64,000 bases of DNA from a candidate division FCPU426 bacterium (GCA_963719085.1 CAVRAL010000004.1:480001-544000), one strand, 5' to 3'. Positions 26,760 to 37,799 are shown, counted from the first letter of the stretch. The notes: generated by a model not told the origin, from the sequence alone. Program-made: numbers and translations.

Positions 26760-29084
26760 CTAGGAAAATGGCAGGTATTGATCCAGCGCCCGCTCGCCCA
26801 CGCCTTTGGCCCCCAGGGTATTGAGTTTGCCCCCCGGGCCATGGAAAAAGCCTTCCAGATCGGCGTGGACCCCATAGTCGAATAAGGCCTCCGGGCCGAT
26901 GGCGTCGCGCTTGAACAAACCCTTTTCCACCATATGAATGTACTGCTCGATGTCGGTGATAATTTCCACCCGATAGGTGTTGTCGCTGTTGGCCCGAATC
27001 ACTTTTAAATTATAGAGATGCTCGTTTTCGGCATTTTGCGGCAATACCACCCACTCGGGCACCCGGTTTTCCTCGATCAGCGCCCGCTTCAGCGCGGCCC
27101 CTTGCAGTTTGGCCAGCTTGTCCGTTTCGGCTTGGTCCAAGATAAGCACATAGGACAGCGTGTATTTGGCGTCGGGCGAAGTGACATCCTGAACCATAAA
27201 CCGATCCACCAGGTTGTCCCGGGCCGCGTTGCGGGAGGCCAGCGGAAACTTGATGTGCTTGTCCACCACGATTTTAGGATTCAGGCCCCTTAACTGCTTG
27301 GCTTGCCGGGCGCCGAGCCGGGACAAGGCGTCATCGGGGGCGATGCCCCGGTCGATGAGCTGTTTTCGCCGCTCCGGGTCATGGACAAAAAGCGGGGCCT
27401 GGGCCGCCAGCACCGAAACGTGATAGCCCTTTTCCTTGAAAGCTCTCGTGATCTTGTCGTTGCGGCCCTCGTAAGGGATGCCCGAGCCGTCGATATAAAG
27501 ATTGTGCCCGCCTTCCAGCGCCCGCGAGGTGATCAAATCCCGGACGGCGTTGCCGAACTGTTCGGCGGATTTGTAGTCGTCGTTGTGGTTGTTGGTGGCC
27601 GGATAAAGCCAATAGCGCTCACACTCGCTTCGGGCGTCATCCAGCGACGCCACCACCAGCGACCGGCCCTTGTTGCATTCCCGGTCCGCTATTTTTTTCA
27701 GGCCGCTTTTGCCTGAGGCCGAGCCCCCCATGGTCATATACATCCGTTTTTCACCCGCCGGGAGTATGTCCAAGACGAACTGCTGATCGGCGACCTCATC
27801 CACCCGGGGCAGCATGGCTTCCAGGTGGGTTCGCGCGATCGCGACGATCTTTTCGAGCGCCGGATCCTTTTGGGCCGACGCGGCCTTGCCGAGCTTCCCC
27901 ATCATTTGACGGACATGATTTTTCAGTTCCTCGCGTTTGAGTTCCCTCGTCTTCTCATTCGCCCGTCCCCGGCTCAGCGTGGTGAAATGGACGGGCACTA
28001 GGTCGGCGAAGCTCTCCACCCCGATCACCTCGGCCATCAAAACCTTTAAGCGGGCCAATTCACTTTGGGTTTGTCCGGGCAGGGCTTTTAAGGCAAGCCC
28101 GGTTAAGAAATCAACGTCCATGCAAAGAAGCCGGACTTGTCCCTTTTCATCCCTCGCCGGCAGTCCGTCCACGCTGGGGTTTTCCGACATGCTTTTAATT
28201 TTCGCCTTCACCGTGGCCCGAAGGTTTTGCTCGTCTTGGCTGGGAGCGAACCCTTCCACAAAATCACTTAAGGGCCGGGCTTGATCCAGTCCCACCCTCA
28301 ATTCGTCCATGGGCCGCGCCGAGGCCACGTGTTGCTCGATTTGTTTTTTTAAATCCTCCGTCAGGTCGACCAAGTGGCCGGTTTGGGTCACCAAATGCGT
28401 GCGCCATTGATTCACGGTTTTGGCGGCGAAGCGGAGCCCCGCGATCTCCACGTTGGATTCGGGCGGGTTGATGAACTGACTGCTGGAGGGGAAATGGCCG
28501 GGGCCGAAAAAGGCGGCGTTAAAACGGGCCTCGAGAAACTTGGCGGGCTCCTTTTCGAGGATCGGCTCGCCCCGGGTGAAATCGATCCCGCTGGGGAAAA
28601 GTTTCCGCCATTTCACGCCCAGGCCCATCTCCACGAACAGCGCGCCGCAGGCCAGGCTGGAGTTGTGCAATGGCACCTTATCCCGAAGATGCTCATAGAG
28701 CGTTTTAAGCGCTTCCGGGCCGTCCTCGGGCGAAAGGATCAACTGGCCCTGCTCGCCGTAGTTTTTTTGAACGAATTTGCGGAAGATGTCCCGCAGTTTG
28801 GTGCGGTTCTCATCGGTCATGTCGCGGGTATTGCAAAACTTGCCGCCGACCACTTTATGATGCTGGGAAGAATCCTCAAAGGCGTAATCGTAGATCCGGG
28901 TGAAGGCGGTGGCCAGATTCTCCGCCACCTCCTCACGCCCGCGGCCCCGGTCCGGGTCCGCCACGCTGACTTCCCGCGCGCCTTGGGCGTCCGTCAGCAT
29001 GACGACTTGGCAACGGTAGACGAATTCCAGCCGGACGGCGGCTTCGGTAGCGACCAGTTGGTCAAAGGGCGAGAGTGGGGCCAT
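26760..29084 (-). CDS. Large protein with C-terminal zeta-toxin-like P-loop kinase domain
   Basis: GGSASGKS, SLDD, NLYIDGS, KEKGYHV and R...R...R lid. Confidence 0.75.
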   Translation of the reverse strand: MAPLSPFDQLVATEAAVRLEFVYRCQVVMLTDAQGAREVSVADPDRGRGREEVAENLATAFTRIYDYAFEDSSQHHKVVGGKFCNTRDMTDENRTKLRDIFRKFVQKNYGEQGQLILSPEDGPEALKTLYEHLRDKVPLHNSSLACGALFVEMGLGVKWRKLFPSGIDFTRGEPILEKEPAKFLEARFNAAFFGPGHFPSSSQFINPPESNVEIAGLRFAAKTVNQWRTHLVTQTGHLVDLTEDLKKQIEQHVASARPMDELRVGLDQARPLSDFVEGFAPSQDEQNLRATVKAKIKSMSENPSVDGLPARDEKGQVRLLCMDVDFLTGLALKALPGQTQSELARLKVLMAEVIGVESFADLVPVHFTTLSRGRANEKTRELKREELKNHVRQMMGKLGKAASAQKDPALEKIVAIARTHLEAMLPRVDEVADQQFVLDILPAGEKRMYMTMGGSASGKSGLKKIADRECNKGRSLVVASLDDARSECERYWLYPATNNHNDDYKSAEQFGNAVRDLITSRALEGGHNLYIDGSGIPYEGRNDKITRAFKEKGYHVSVLAAQAPLFVHDPERRKQLIDRGIAPDDALSRLGARQAKQLRGLNPKIVVDKHIKFPLASRNAARDNLVDRFMVQDVTSPDAKYTLSYVLILDQAETDKLAKLQGAALKRALIEENRVPEWVVLPQNAENEHLYNLKVIRANSDNTYRVEIITDIEQYIHMVEKGLFKRDAIGPEALFDYGVHADLEGFFHGPGGKLNTLGAKGVGERALDQYLPFS

Positions 29085-29213
29085 AATCGTTTTTCCACGA
29101 TTCCGCGGATTTTATCCCTGGGTTTGGACAAGGCGGGCGAGGACGGGACTGGCGTCATCATAAGCGTGGAGATTCCTGAATTCCAAGAGGGTAGAATAGG
29201 AATCGAGGTTCCA

Positions 29214-29759
29214 TTGAAACGAAAAAGAACATCCCCTGAAACGCGAAACGTTATCCGCCTGGACCGGAAGGCCATCTGTTCCATCGACCACCAATGCGTG
29301 GGCTGTTCCGAGGTTTCCCAATCTTGCTGTGCTAAATACGACGTCTGCGTCACGGACGCCGAGCTTAAACGGATCCTGCCCGTTTTGCCGGAGGCCGCCG
29401 AGCTCTGCCCCCACCTCAAAACCGAGGAGGGTTACGCCAATGTCTTTGAGGAAGCCGAAAAAGGCTTTCACACCATCGACACCCACGAAAACGGCCTTTG
29501 TGTTTTCGCCCATGTGGAAAAAGGGCTCATCCGCTGTTCACTGCATAGCGTTGAAAAGAAACTGGGACTGCCCTTAGGAACGGTCAAACCCGCGGTTTGT
29601 ATCCTATGGCCCCTGACCTTCGAGGAGCCGGGGAATGTTTTGACCCTGCATGACGACGCGCTGGGTTGCGCCTGTAGTTCGCCGAGAAAAGAACCTTCCG
29701 ATCTTATCTCCCCTGATTTGATGGCCACCATCCGGCATTTCGGCGGCCAACTGCCGTGA
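29214..29759 (+). CDS. Cys-rich DUF3109/YkgJ-like protein
   Basis: CxxC...CC, CVF, CSLH, KPAVCILWP; TTG start after GAGG. Confidence 0.7.
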   Translation: MKRKRTSPETRNVIRLDRKAICSIDHQCVGCSEVSQSCCAKYDVCVTDAELKRILPVLPEAAELCPHLKTEEGYANVFEEAEKGFHTIDTHENGLCVFAHVEKGLIRCSLHSVEKKLGLPLGTVKPAVCILWPLTFEEPGNVLTLHDDALGCACSSPRKEPSDLISPDLMATIRHFGGQLP

Positions 29760-30346
29760 AAAAAAACGCCGTCGATCCCGCGAAGCGAATCCTGATGCTG
29801 CACAAGCCCAAAGAGATCGTGGTCACCCGCCCGAAAAGTCCCGACGCGAAAACCGTTTATTCGCTTTTACCCGCGGAATTTCACGGCCAAGGTTGGGTCC
29901 CAGTGGGACGGTTGGATAAAGATTCCACGGGCCTGCTCCTGTTCGTTCGGGAAGGGTTCCTGGTGAGGCTTTTACAAACCCCCAAAAACATCGAGAAGGT
30001 TTACGAGGTTTGGGTCAAGGGACGTTTGAAGCCGGAACATCGGGTTAAAATTTTAGAGGGCGTTGAGTCCCCGCTCGGGCTGCTCAAAGCCAAAGCGATT
30101 TTTGTTCTGGGCGAAGTCGGACCCAATAGCTTGGTTCGAGTGGTTTTGGACGAGGGCAAGAACCGGCACATCCGCCGGATGTTCGCCGGGCTCAAAGACG
30201 TCGAGCGGAAGCGGTTCTTCAAGGTCCGGGACCTATCCCGCGTTTCCATCGGGCCGATTGAGTTGGATCTGGAACCGGGGCAATGGCGGTTCCTCAGCGA
30301 AGCCGAGTCCGAGGCCCTTGTGAATCGCGTCATGGAGAAAAGATAA
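29756..30346 (+). CDS. RsuA/RluB/E-family pseudouridine synthase (no S4 domain)
   Basis: HKP, GRLDKDSTGLLL and EGKNRHIRRM motifs. Confidence 0.93.
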   Translation: MKKNAVDPAKRILMLHKPKEIVVTRPKSPDAKTVYSLLPAEFHGQGWVPVGRLDKDSTGLLLFVREGFLVRLLQTPKNIEKVYEVWVKGRLKPEHRVKILEGVESPLGLLKAKAIFVLGEVGPNSLVRVVLDEGKNRHIRRMFAGLKDVERKRFFKVRDLSRVSIGPIELDLEPGQWRFLSEAESEALVNRVMEKR

Positions 30347-30396
30347 ATTCATTCTCCCCAAAGCCTCATTTTAGGGAATGATGGGGCCTAGCTGTG

Positions 30397-30537
30397 TGTC
30401 ATTGCGAGGGGCGTTTTTCATTAGTTTTAGCGACGAAGCAATCCCAGTTTATGGCTCCTGATACGCCGTATGATTTAGGCCTCGACAACCCACGAACTAA
30501 GATTGCTTCGTCACAAAATTCGTTCCTCGCAATGACA
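30397..30537. repeat. REP-like nested inverted repeat
   Basis: TGTCATTGCGAGG...CCTCGCAATGACA enclosing GACGAAGCAATC...GATTGCTTCGTC. Confidence 0.8.
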
Positions 30538-30576
30538 GACTAACGCGCTACATTTAAGGCCGAAAAGGGGTTAACC

Positions 30577-30855
30577 ATGGGAACGAAAGCGAACCGAAAT
30601 TCAGGCATCAGCGGTTTTGTGTCCGATTTGTTGGAAAGCGACGGCCTCAACCTTTATGAAAAATGGTTCGCGCGTTTAAAACAGCTCAAATCCGCCGACG
30701 AAAAGGTGACGGATTTTGAGGTCCGGGATGAAATGCTCCAAGAAATCATCGCCTTGGCCGCCGAAGGCAATTCCCTTATTTTCGGCAAAAAGGATAAACT
30801 TTTGATCGAGGATCTTTTAAACCGTTTCTTGACGAAAGCCCATCTTTTACAATAG
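30577..30855 (+). CDS. Hypothetical protein
   Basis: ATG with RBS; plausible helical protein. Confidence 0.6.
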   Translation: MGTKANRNSGISGFVSDLLESDGLNLYEKWFARLKQLKSADEKVTDFEVRDEMLQEIIALAAEGNSLIFGKKDKLLIEDLLNRFLTKAHLLQ

Positions 30856-30963
30856 TTGAAACCCCGGATTTCCCATTGAAAACCACCCCGGTTTCGGGAT
30901 AACCCTCAGTTTCCCCGCCTTTTTGCCGTTAGGGTATGATCTGTCCAGGAGACCCTAAGCCTT

Positions 30964-32283
30964 ATGCGGCCCATGCCATTCAAACTTTCAATCAGCCTCA
31001 AGCCGGCGTTCTTTTGCTTGGCTTTGCTTTGGCCCGCCGTCGGTTCGGCCCAATCCAACTATACCGTCGGTGAAACGGTGAGTTTCGTTATCACCGCGAT
31101 CAACAGCACCGGATCCAATTGGACCAATGTCACCATCGTGGACACCCTTCCCGCCAACCTGACTTATGTTTCCTGCTCGGGGGTGAGCACCTGTGGTTTG
31201 GTGGGGTCCGCCGTACACTGGCCCTTTCCCGTACTGGTGAATGGGTCGACCACCTCGGTCACTTTTATGGCCACGATCAATTCCTGCGTCCCCAACACTT
31301 ACGTGGAAAAAGCCTCGGTGGATGTGGGCTCCCCAATGGAGCAGCTTTTCACCAACGCGGTGACCGACACGATCGCCTGCCTGACCAACACGCCGACCAA
31401 TACGCCCACCCGCACCAATACGCCCACGGTCACCTGGACCGCCACCACGACGCCAACCTCAACCGTCACCCGAACAGCGACCGCCACTTTGACGCCCACT
31501 TGGTCCCCGACCTGGACCTCTAGTTTCACGCCGACCTTGACCTTTACGCCGACCTATTCTCCCACGATCACCAATACCCCCACCGCTTCCGGAACACCCA
31601 CCCCGACCCGCACTTGGACTTTATCCCCGACGCTGACGCCGACCCCCACGCCGACCTTGTCCCCGACCGAAACCCTGTCGCCGACCATGACATCGTCCCC
31701 CACCGTGACCTCCAGTTTTACGGTCACGTCCACCCCCACCGCTTCACCCACGGTGACCCTGACGCCGTCGGCCACCTTCAGCCCGACCCCCACCGAAACC
31801 GCCACTTGGACTCAAACCCGGACGCCCACCTCGACACCGACCGAAACCGCGACTCGGACCCCCACGAAGACGCCCACCGACACCTTAACCGCCACCCCGA
31901 GTTTCACGAGAACCTTCACGCCGACTGAAACCATGACGCCGACCATCACCTCCACGCCGACGATTACCTCGACCCCCACCGAAACCGCGACGCCCGGACC
32001 CGACATCTTTTACATTTCTAAAAATGTGGTCGGCCCCGGCACCGGACCGGTTTCCATTTACATCAGTTATCCGGAACCGGGAAATTACGCGATGAAAATT
32101 TACAACTCGGCGGGCGAGTTCATCGACAACCTGGGGCCGGGAACGCCGCCGGACGGAACCACCCACTCCTATCTTTGGAATGGCGACGGCCAATCGGGCC
32201 AACATTGCGCCAGCGGGGTCTATATTCTTTATTACGTTGAGCCGGAGCGGGTTCGGGAAGCTAAAATTATTTTGTTGAGGTGA
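30964..32283 (+). CDS. Secreted DUF11-like Ig domain, Thr/Pro stalk and FlgD-like C-terminus
   Basis: Signal peptide, [11 protein letters not shown], long TP region, KIYNSAGE...WNG...SGVY. Confidence 0.8.
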   Translation: MRPMPFKLSISLKPAFFCLALLWPAVGSAQSNYTVGETVSFVITAINSTGSNWTNVTIVDTLPANLTYVSCSGVSTCGLVGSAVHWPFPVLVNGSTTSVTFMATINSCVPNTYVEKASVDVGSPMEQLFTNAVTDTIACLTNTPTNTPTRTNTPTVTWTATTTPTSTVTRTATATLTPTWSPTWTSSFTPTLTFTPTYSPTITNTPTASGTPTPTRTWTLSPTLTPTPTPTLSPTETLSPTMTSSPTVTSSFTVTSTPTASPTVTLTPSATFSPTPTETATWTQTRTPTSTPTETATRTPTKTPTDTLTATPSFTRTFTPTETMTPTITSTPTITSTPTETATPGPDIFYISKNVVGPGTGPVSIYISYPEPGNYAMKIYNSAGEFIDNLGPGTPPDGTTHSYLWNGDGQSGQHCASGVYILYYVEPERVREAKIILLR

Positions 32284-32361
32284 TTAGCCCGAAAATCGCC
32301 ATGGGATATGAAATTTTTTTAAGGTATCATTCAGAACCGCTATCGACGAGGAACTCTCATC

Positions 32362-33291
32362 ATGTTGGGCTTTTTATCCTTCCGGCCGGCGAAAAAACGC
32401 CTGGCCGCTTACGGGCTTTTCTTTTTTCTGTTTGTATCCCACGCCCTGGCGCAATACAGCGCGGGGTCCACTGTCTATTTTCAGTTGACCAACGGCAACG
32501 GCAGCGCTTTCACCTGGAACGGCGCCACCGTTCAAGCCTCCGTCCCCCCCGATTTGACTTATTTGGGCTGTTATGGCGCGCCTTGTTCCGCCGCCGGGAC
32601 CGAAGTGTACTGGAACGTGGGGACCTTGGCGCCCGGTGCGTCTTTCGCGGTAACTTACGCCGCGGTCATCACGGCTTGCGCCAGCAATCTCCAAACCGCC
32701 TATTCGCAAATCAACGTTTCCTCGCCGGTCACCGCCGAGAGCTACCCCCCGGCCAGCCTGTCGGTCATTTGCCTCACCGATACGCCCACCGACACCCCGA
32801 CCAGCACGAACACACCGACGATCACCTCTACTCCGACCGAAACCGGGACTCCCACGATTACGCCCACCCCCACGGCCACCGGCACGCCTACGGACACCTT
32901 TACTCCCACGGATACCCCAACTATTACGGATACCCCAACTCCCACCTCAACGTCCACCGCTACCAACACACCCACGGTGACCCCTACGCCGACCATCACC
33001 CCCACACCGACCGCGACGCTGGTACCCTTTCAAGTTTGGCCCAACCCCTTCAACCCGGTTTACGCCGTGAACGGGGTCTTGAAGGCTTACCAGGTTCCCC
33101 CGGGGTCCACCATGACCTTCTACACGGTTTCGGGGGAGCCGGTGAACACGGTGGGAGAAACCAACGGACTTATTTTGTGGGACGGCCGCAACAAGAACGG
33201 CCATATCGTTTCCGCCGGCATTTATTACTATGTGATTCAAAACAGCGGCAAGCCGCTTTACCGGGGCAAGTTGTTGATTGAAGGGACTTAA
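32362..33291 (+). CDS. Secreted DUF11-like, Thr/Pro stalk, T9SS/FlgD-like C-terminal protein
   Basis: VWPNPFNP...YTVSGE...WDGRN...GIYYY. Confidence 0.8.
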   Translation: MLGFLSFRPAKKRLAAYGLFFFLFVSHALAQYSAGSTVYFQLTNGNGSAFTWNGATVQASVPPDLTYLGCYGAPCSAAGTEVYWNVGTLAPGASFAVTYAAVITACASNLQTAYSQINVSSPVTAESYPPASLSVICLTDTPTDTPTSTNTPTITSTPTETGTPTITPTPTATGTPTDTFTPTDTPTITDTPTPTSTSTATNTPTVTPTPTITPTPTATLVPFQVWPNPFNPVYAVNGVLKAYQVPPGSTMTFYTVSGEPVNTVGETNGLILWDGRNKNGHIVSAGIYYYVIQNSGKPLYRGKLLIEGT

Positions 33292-33342
33292 ATCGTGTCG
33301 AGCCGCGGATCTATCCGCTAAACCTATTATTTAAAAGTTCCA

Positions 33343-34758
33343 ATGAAACCCATCCCCTATTATTTGGCTTTATTCCTTTTCGGGCTTGCCTTCGGCCCCG
33401 CCGCGGGAACGACCGCCGACAACGGCGTCCAACAAAAAAAGGTCTCCGCGCTTCGACAGTATTACTACGGTAAATCGGGCGAATGGCTTTACGAGTCCCT
33501 TCCCCAATTAACCCTCCCGCCCACCCGGCCCATTCCCCAAGCGGAGCGCCCTTTTATCCTCCATGTGAATTGGGAAAAGCAGGACAAGGCCAATCAAGCC
33601 GGGTTTCCTTTCCGTTACCCTTGCGCGGTCGATTTCACCAACAACACGCCGACCGTCACCGCGCTTTACGCCGGATATCAGGTTAAGTACCACTTGGGCG
33701 GTCAAAAACTTTTTGACCGTTATTTTGAAAAAACGCGGGTGTCGCCATACCTGAGCCCGTCCTGGAAAAAAGCCATTTTCAGCCAATCAGACCTGATGCG
33801 GGATCGGGCCATGGTTTTTTACCTCGCCTTCGACCAAGATCAAGTCCGATGCGTTTACTACCCGGGGAAAATACAATTCAAGGGCGGGGACCGTTTTCAT
33901 ATTGAGCACTGGCTTCCCGCGGTCACCGCGGAGGAAAAAAGCGGTAAGAAAACCGATTACGCCCTGATTCAAAATTCCCAAGGGCTTTTATCCATCCTCA
34001 ACGGCACTTTTGACCGGATCGACAATCTGGTGAGTTGGACCGGGGATCCCAAATCATTTCGTTACGCCGGGTTCACTTATGACGGCCGGCCGCTTTTGCC
34101 GCTTCAACCCGAAATGGCCACCTGCGCCCTTTACGCCGACGGGCATGTGGCCCTGGGCGCCTACTCGCGCCTGCCGGACCGGGACCAAATCCGAACCTGC
34201 GTCCAAAACCGGTTCATGGTGATTGAGGACGGAAAGCCGGGGCCCGATGAGTTCCCCAACGCCTTCTGTTCGGTGTATGACAATATCGCCCGCAGTTATC
34301 TTTTTACCGACGGTCATCACCGCGTCGGGGTGATCTGGACCCTCTATACGCCGCCCTGCGTGTTGGTTCCCCTGGCCTTGGAAATGGGGATCCAGGACAT
34401 GATGCTGTTGGACATCCATTCGCCCATCTCGGTTTCCCTGGCCGACACCCGGGGGGCCGACCAATTTTCGTCTTACTGGGATTACTCAAAAAGGTCCTAT
34501 GACCTGGTTCCCAACTTCAATAAACTTTCCGCCTTTCAATCCACCCTCACTTGGCTGTCCCGGGCGCTCCATAGCCAAATCCAGGTGGACTACCCCCAAG
34601 AGGCTTTCCGAAACGGCGATGAGGATTATTTCGCGATTTACGCCAAGGGCTCCCCGGAAGCCGACCGGGTCAGCCAGCCTCTGGTTGAAAATCCCCAACC
34701 TACCCCGACTTTGGGTTTTGATTTATTGGAGCTCACGCCCCTGGTTCCCCGAAAATAA
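33343..34758 (+). CDS. Secreted protein with phosphodiester-glycosidase (NAGPA)-like domain
   Basis: Signal peptide; NGTF, YADG, QN, ARS and MLLDI pattern. Confidence 0.5.
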   Translation: MKPIPYYLALFLFGLAFGPAAGTTADNGVQQKKVSALRQYYYGKSGEWLYESLPQLTLPPTRPIPQAERPFILHVNWEKQDKANQAGFPFRYPCAVDFTNNTPTVTALYAGYQVKYHLGGQKLFDRYFEKTRVSPYLSPSWKKAIFSQSDLMRDRAMVFYLAFDQDQVRCVYYPGKIQFKGGDRFHIEHWLPAVTAEEKSGKKTDYALIQNSQGLLSILNGTFDRIDNLVSWTGDPKSFRYAGFTYDGRPLLPLQPEMATCALYADGHVALGAYSRLPDRDQIRTCVQNRFMVIEDGKPGPDEFPNAFCSVYDNIARSYLFTDGHHRVGVIWTLYTPPCVLVPLALEMGIQDMMLLDIHSPISVSLADTRGADQFSSYWDYSKRSYDLVPNFNKLSAFQSTLTWLSRALHSQIQVDYPQEAFRNGDEDYFAIYAKGSPEADRVSQPLVENPQPTPTLGFDLLELTPLVPRK

Positions 34759-34819
34759 TAAACAGGCCGAAGCGGCCTTTCGCTTGGGAATAGAAGCTTT
34801 AATTGGCTCGATGAGCGCC

Positions 34820-35944
34820 TTACGACAAACTCACGCCCAAAAGCCTTCCCAAGCTGTAGGTCAGCGCCGCCGCCAAAAGCCCCAATCCCAACTGTCTTCC
34901 CCCGGCGAACCAAACCGGCTTGCCGGTAAAGATCGTCCCCAAGGCCCCCAGGGTGAAAAGTCCCGCGGCGCTTAATCCCAGGCTGGCCCCAAAGGCCGCC
35001 GGTCCGCTCAAGAAAAAATAAGGCGCGACGGGTAGGATGGCGCCGGTGGTGAAAAGAAAAAAGGAATAAAGCGCCGCCGAGACCGCGGAGTTCCCTTGAT
35101 CGTCGGGGTCGATGCCCAGTTCTTCCCGGGACAAGGCGTCCATGGCCCGGTCCTTATCGGCCACCATGTGTTGGGCCAGCACCCTGGCCTGCTCGGGCTT
35201 CATGCCCTTGGATTCATAAATGAGCTGCAGCTCTTCGCCTTCCCCCTGCGGATCCACATCGTATTCCTCGGCCTCGACCTTAATTTCCCGCTCCGACAAT
35301 TCCCGCGAGCTGGTGACGGATATCCACTCGCCCAAGGCCATGGAGCAGGCCCCGGCCAAAAGCCCGGCCAGGCCGGTTAAAAGAAGCAGGTGGCTGTTGG
35401 AAGAAGCCCCGGCCACGCCCATGACCAGGCTCAGGTTGGAACAAAGCCCGTCGTTGGCCCCCAGGACCGCCGCCCTTAAGTTATTGCCGCTAACGGCTTT
35501 ATGCCGTCCCTCGATTTGGGCCAGGTAATTTCCCGAGACGCCTTGTTTGTCCACCCGCAAAATTTCGTCCAGCACCCGGTCGTGCAAATGCTCGTCGGCG
35601 GTCAGGGAGGTGCCCTCAGTTTCTTTTTGGGAAACATACATGTTGCGGTCCGTCTTTTCGGCTTCGGCCACCGTGCTTAAAACCGCCTTCGGCCCGAAGG
35701 TAAGCGTGATCCAAATGAGAACCCGGGCCCGCCAGCTCGGCTTGAGCCCGGGAACTTTCACGCCGGATTCGGCGAGTTTGTTTTCCCAAAAGGCGCGGTG
35801 CTTTTCTTCCATTTTCCCCAAGTTGGTATAGACCTGGGAAAGTTGTGGATTTTTTTCGGCCTTCGCGAGCGCGTGATACTGCGCCGCGCCGTCCACCTCG
35901 CCCCGCCAATTTTCCAAATAGCGTTTCACGTCCGCGGGAGCCAT
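34820..35944 (-). CDS. Ferritin-like plus VIT1/CCC1 iron/manganese transporter
   Basis: N-terminal E..H motifs, LRAAVLGANDGL, GACSMALGEWISV. Confidence 0.92.
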   Translation of the reverse strand: MAPADVKRYLENWRGEVDGAAQYHALAKAEKNPQLSQVYTNLGKMEEKHRAFWENKLAESGVKVPGLKPSWRARVLIWITLTFGPKAVLSTVAEAEKTDRNMYVSQKETEGTSLTADEHLHDRVLDEILRVDKQGVSGNYLAQIEGRHKAVSGNNLRAAVLGANDGLCSNLSLVMGVAGASSNSHLLLLTGLAGLLAGACSMALGEWISVTSSRELSEREIKVEAEEYDVDPQGEGEELQLIYESKGMKPEQARVLAQHMVADKDRAMDALSREELGIDPDDQGNSAVSAALYSFFLFTTGAILPVAPYFFLSGPAAFGASLGLSAAGLFTLGALGTIFTGKPVWFAGGRQLGLGLLAAALTYSLGRLLGVSLS

Positions 35945-36072
35945 CCCAATCCTCCTTGAAGTTGATCCAAAGTAACCTACAAGAGCTTGTGGTAATTTTC
36001 AGCTCAGATAGATGAATCTCTCACTTTGATAGGCCGACCCCTTGGTAAGGTAACGTATTTCCTGAAAAAATC

Positions 36073-36091
36073 GGCAATGACTCTCATTCTC
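36073..36091. promoter_or_regulatory. Fur-box-like site between the divergent VIT1 and desaturase genes
   Basis: Minus strand GAGAATGAGAGTCATTGCC matches GATAATGATAATCATTATC at 14/19. Confidence 0.45.
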
Positions 36092-36162
36092 AGAGCCCGT
36101 TGACGCCGATTTAACCCCATTCGGCCCCGCACTGGGGCTATACTCTTAAGGCTGTTCATCAA

Positions 36163-37290
36163 ATGACCAACGGCCCGTTGATCGGCCGTCCGTCGAACGG
36201 AAACCCCGTGGCTTTTTTAGACCGTGTTTTGGACCCCCCTTCTTATGGCTTTGTCCGAGACGGAAAACTTTACGTCCCGACCCAAGCTGAGCTTTGGCGG
36301 GAGTTTTTTAACCGGATTAACATTTTCCAATCCCGCAAAAACTGGCTGCCCCTTGCCGGCTGGCTGGTGGTGCTGTTTTTCGCGCCCTTCTTCTTCGCTT
36401 TTTTCATCCACTACTTCACCTGGAAGCTTTTTATCATCGGTTTCATCTATAGCATGGTCATCCTGGGTACCCATGGGACCGTCTACCTGCACCGCTACTC
36501 CACCCACCACGCCTTTACCTTCTCCAACCGCTTTTGGCTTTTTATCGTGCGCAACCTGGTCATCAAAATCATCCCGGAAGAAGTCTATGTGATCTCCCAC
36601 CACGTCCATCACTATGTGCCGGAAAAACCGGGTGACCCCTATAACGTCCACGCGGGCTGGCTTTACTGCTTCCTGGCCGACGTCAACCACCAGTCCATCG
36701 CCCGGAATTTAAGCCCGGAAGATTATGACCGTACCGCCAAGCTGGTCAGCCACGCTGGCGTAAAGCCGAACAATTTCGTTCAGTATCAAAAATGGGGCTC
36801 GATTTGCGACCCCACGCGCACCTTTTTCAGCTTCACGTTGAACTGGGCCTTTTGGTTTGGGGCTTTTTATTGGCTAGGGGGGATGCCTTTGGTGATGGCG
36901 ATTTTCGGGATGAGCGGGGTCTGGGCCGTGGGGATCCGGACCTATAACTTTGAGGGGCATGGCCGCGGCAAAGATTCCCGCAAAGCGGGAAGCGATTTTA
37001 ACCGGGAAGATCTTTCCATTAACCAGCCCTGGCCGGGCATGGTCACCGGCGAGTGGCACAACAACCACCATCTTTACCCCAACAGCGCCCGCAACGGCTT
37101 CCTTTCCCACCAATGGGATTTCGCTTGGCTTTTCATCCGCTTTTATCATTCCATCGGCGGCATCGATACCTACCGCGATTCCACCGATGATTTTTTCGAG
37201 AAACATTACAAGCCCTATCTGGCCCAAAAACACCAGGCGAACGAAACACCTGTTTCGGCCACCCCGCTGGGATCCGCCAAGCATCTCTAA
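36163..37290 (+). CDS. Membrane fatty-acid desaturase (delta-9-like)
   Basis: HRYSTH, HHVHH and GEWHNNHH His boxes. Confidence 0.9.
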   Translation: MTNGPLIGRPSNGNPVAFLDRVLDPPSYGFVRDGKLYVPTQAELWREFFNRINIFQSRKNWLPLAGWLVVLFFAPFFFAFFIHYFTWKLFIIGFIYSMVILGTHGTVYLHRYSTHHAFTFSNRFWLFIVRNLVIKIIPEEVYVISHHVHHYVPEKPGDPYNVHAGWLYCFLADVNHQSIARNLSPEDYDRTAKLVSHAGVKPNNFVQYQKWGSICDPTRTFFSFTLNWAFWFGAFYWLGGMPLVMAIFGMSGVWAVGIRTYNFEGHGRGKDSRKAGSDFNREDLSINQPWPGMVTGEWHNNHHLYPNSARNGFLSHQWDFAWLFIRFYHSIGGIDTYRDSTDDFFEKHYKPYLAQKHQANETPVSATPLGSAKHL

Positions 37291-37474
37291 GCTTTTGCCG
37301 GCCGCCTCTTTTTTCCTTTCTTCAAATCCCAATTTTTTTGATTAAAATAAAGTCGTTTTTGTTCCGCCGTTTGCTTATTTAAAGGGACCCGCCATGGGGT
37401 TTTACGCGGCTTTAGTGGCTTATGGGACGCCACTCTTTCCCTCACTTTTTTGATAAAACGAAAGGTGGACTTAC

Positions 37475-37711
37475 ATGGCCCTCATCCAATGTCCTGAATG
37501 CAAAACTGAAATTTCCGAGACGGCGAACAGTTGCCCCAAATGCGGCTACAATCTCGCGGGCTTTAACCGCTTCTATGTGGCCAGTCTGGTCGCCAGCCTG
37601 TTGGGCGTCGGTCTTTTTATGACCGGCAATCAAATTGGCGGATTCATCTTGCTTGGATTGGGCGTTGCCTTTGGTTTCAAGGCGCGGCCGAAGAAACCCA
37701 AGCAAGAATAA
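37475..37711 (+). CDS. Zinc-ribbon membrane protein
   Basis: CPEC...CPKCG followed by two TM helices. Confidence 0.8.
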   Translation: MALIQCPECKTEISETANSCPKCGYNLAGFNRFYVASLVASLLGVGLFMTGNQIGGFILLGLGVAFGFKARPKKPKQE

Positions 37712-37799
37712 AAATCATCCTCGACACCCGGCCCTCTTTCTTTTCGTCCAAACACCCAGTTATTTTCTCCCTTAGATCCACTACCACTAGGAGGGCCCC

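Noticed and set aside
28374..29213. Long N-terminus of the 461-aa ORF
   Set aside because: Antisense shadow of the zeta-domain gene; the Cys-rich domain starts near 29214
31380..33020. Possible non-coding repeat array or CRISPR
   Set aside because: Degenerate ACN-CCN codon periodicity from Thr/Pro stalks; no repeat-spacer structure. ORF 32280..33281 is a frame shadow.
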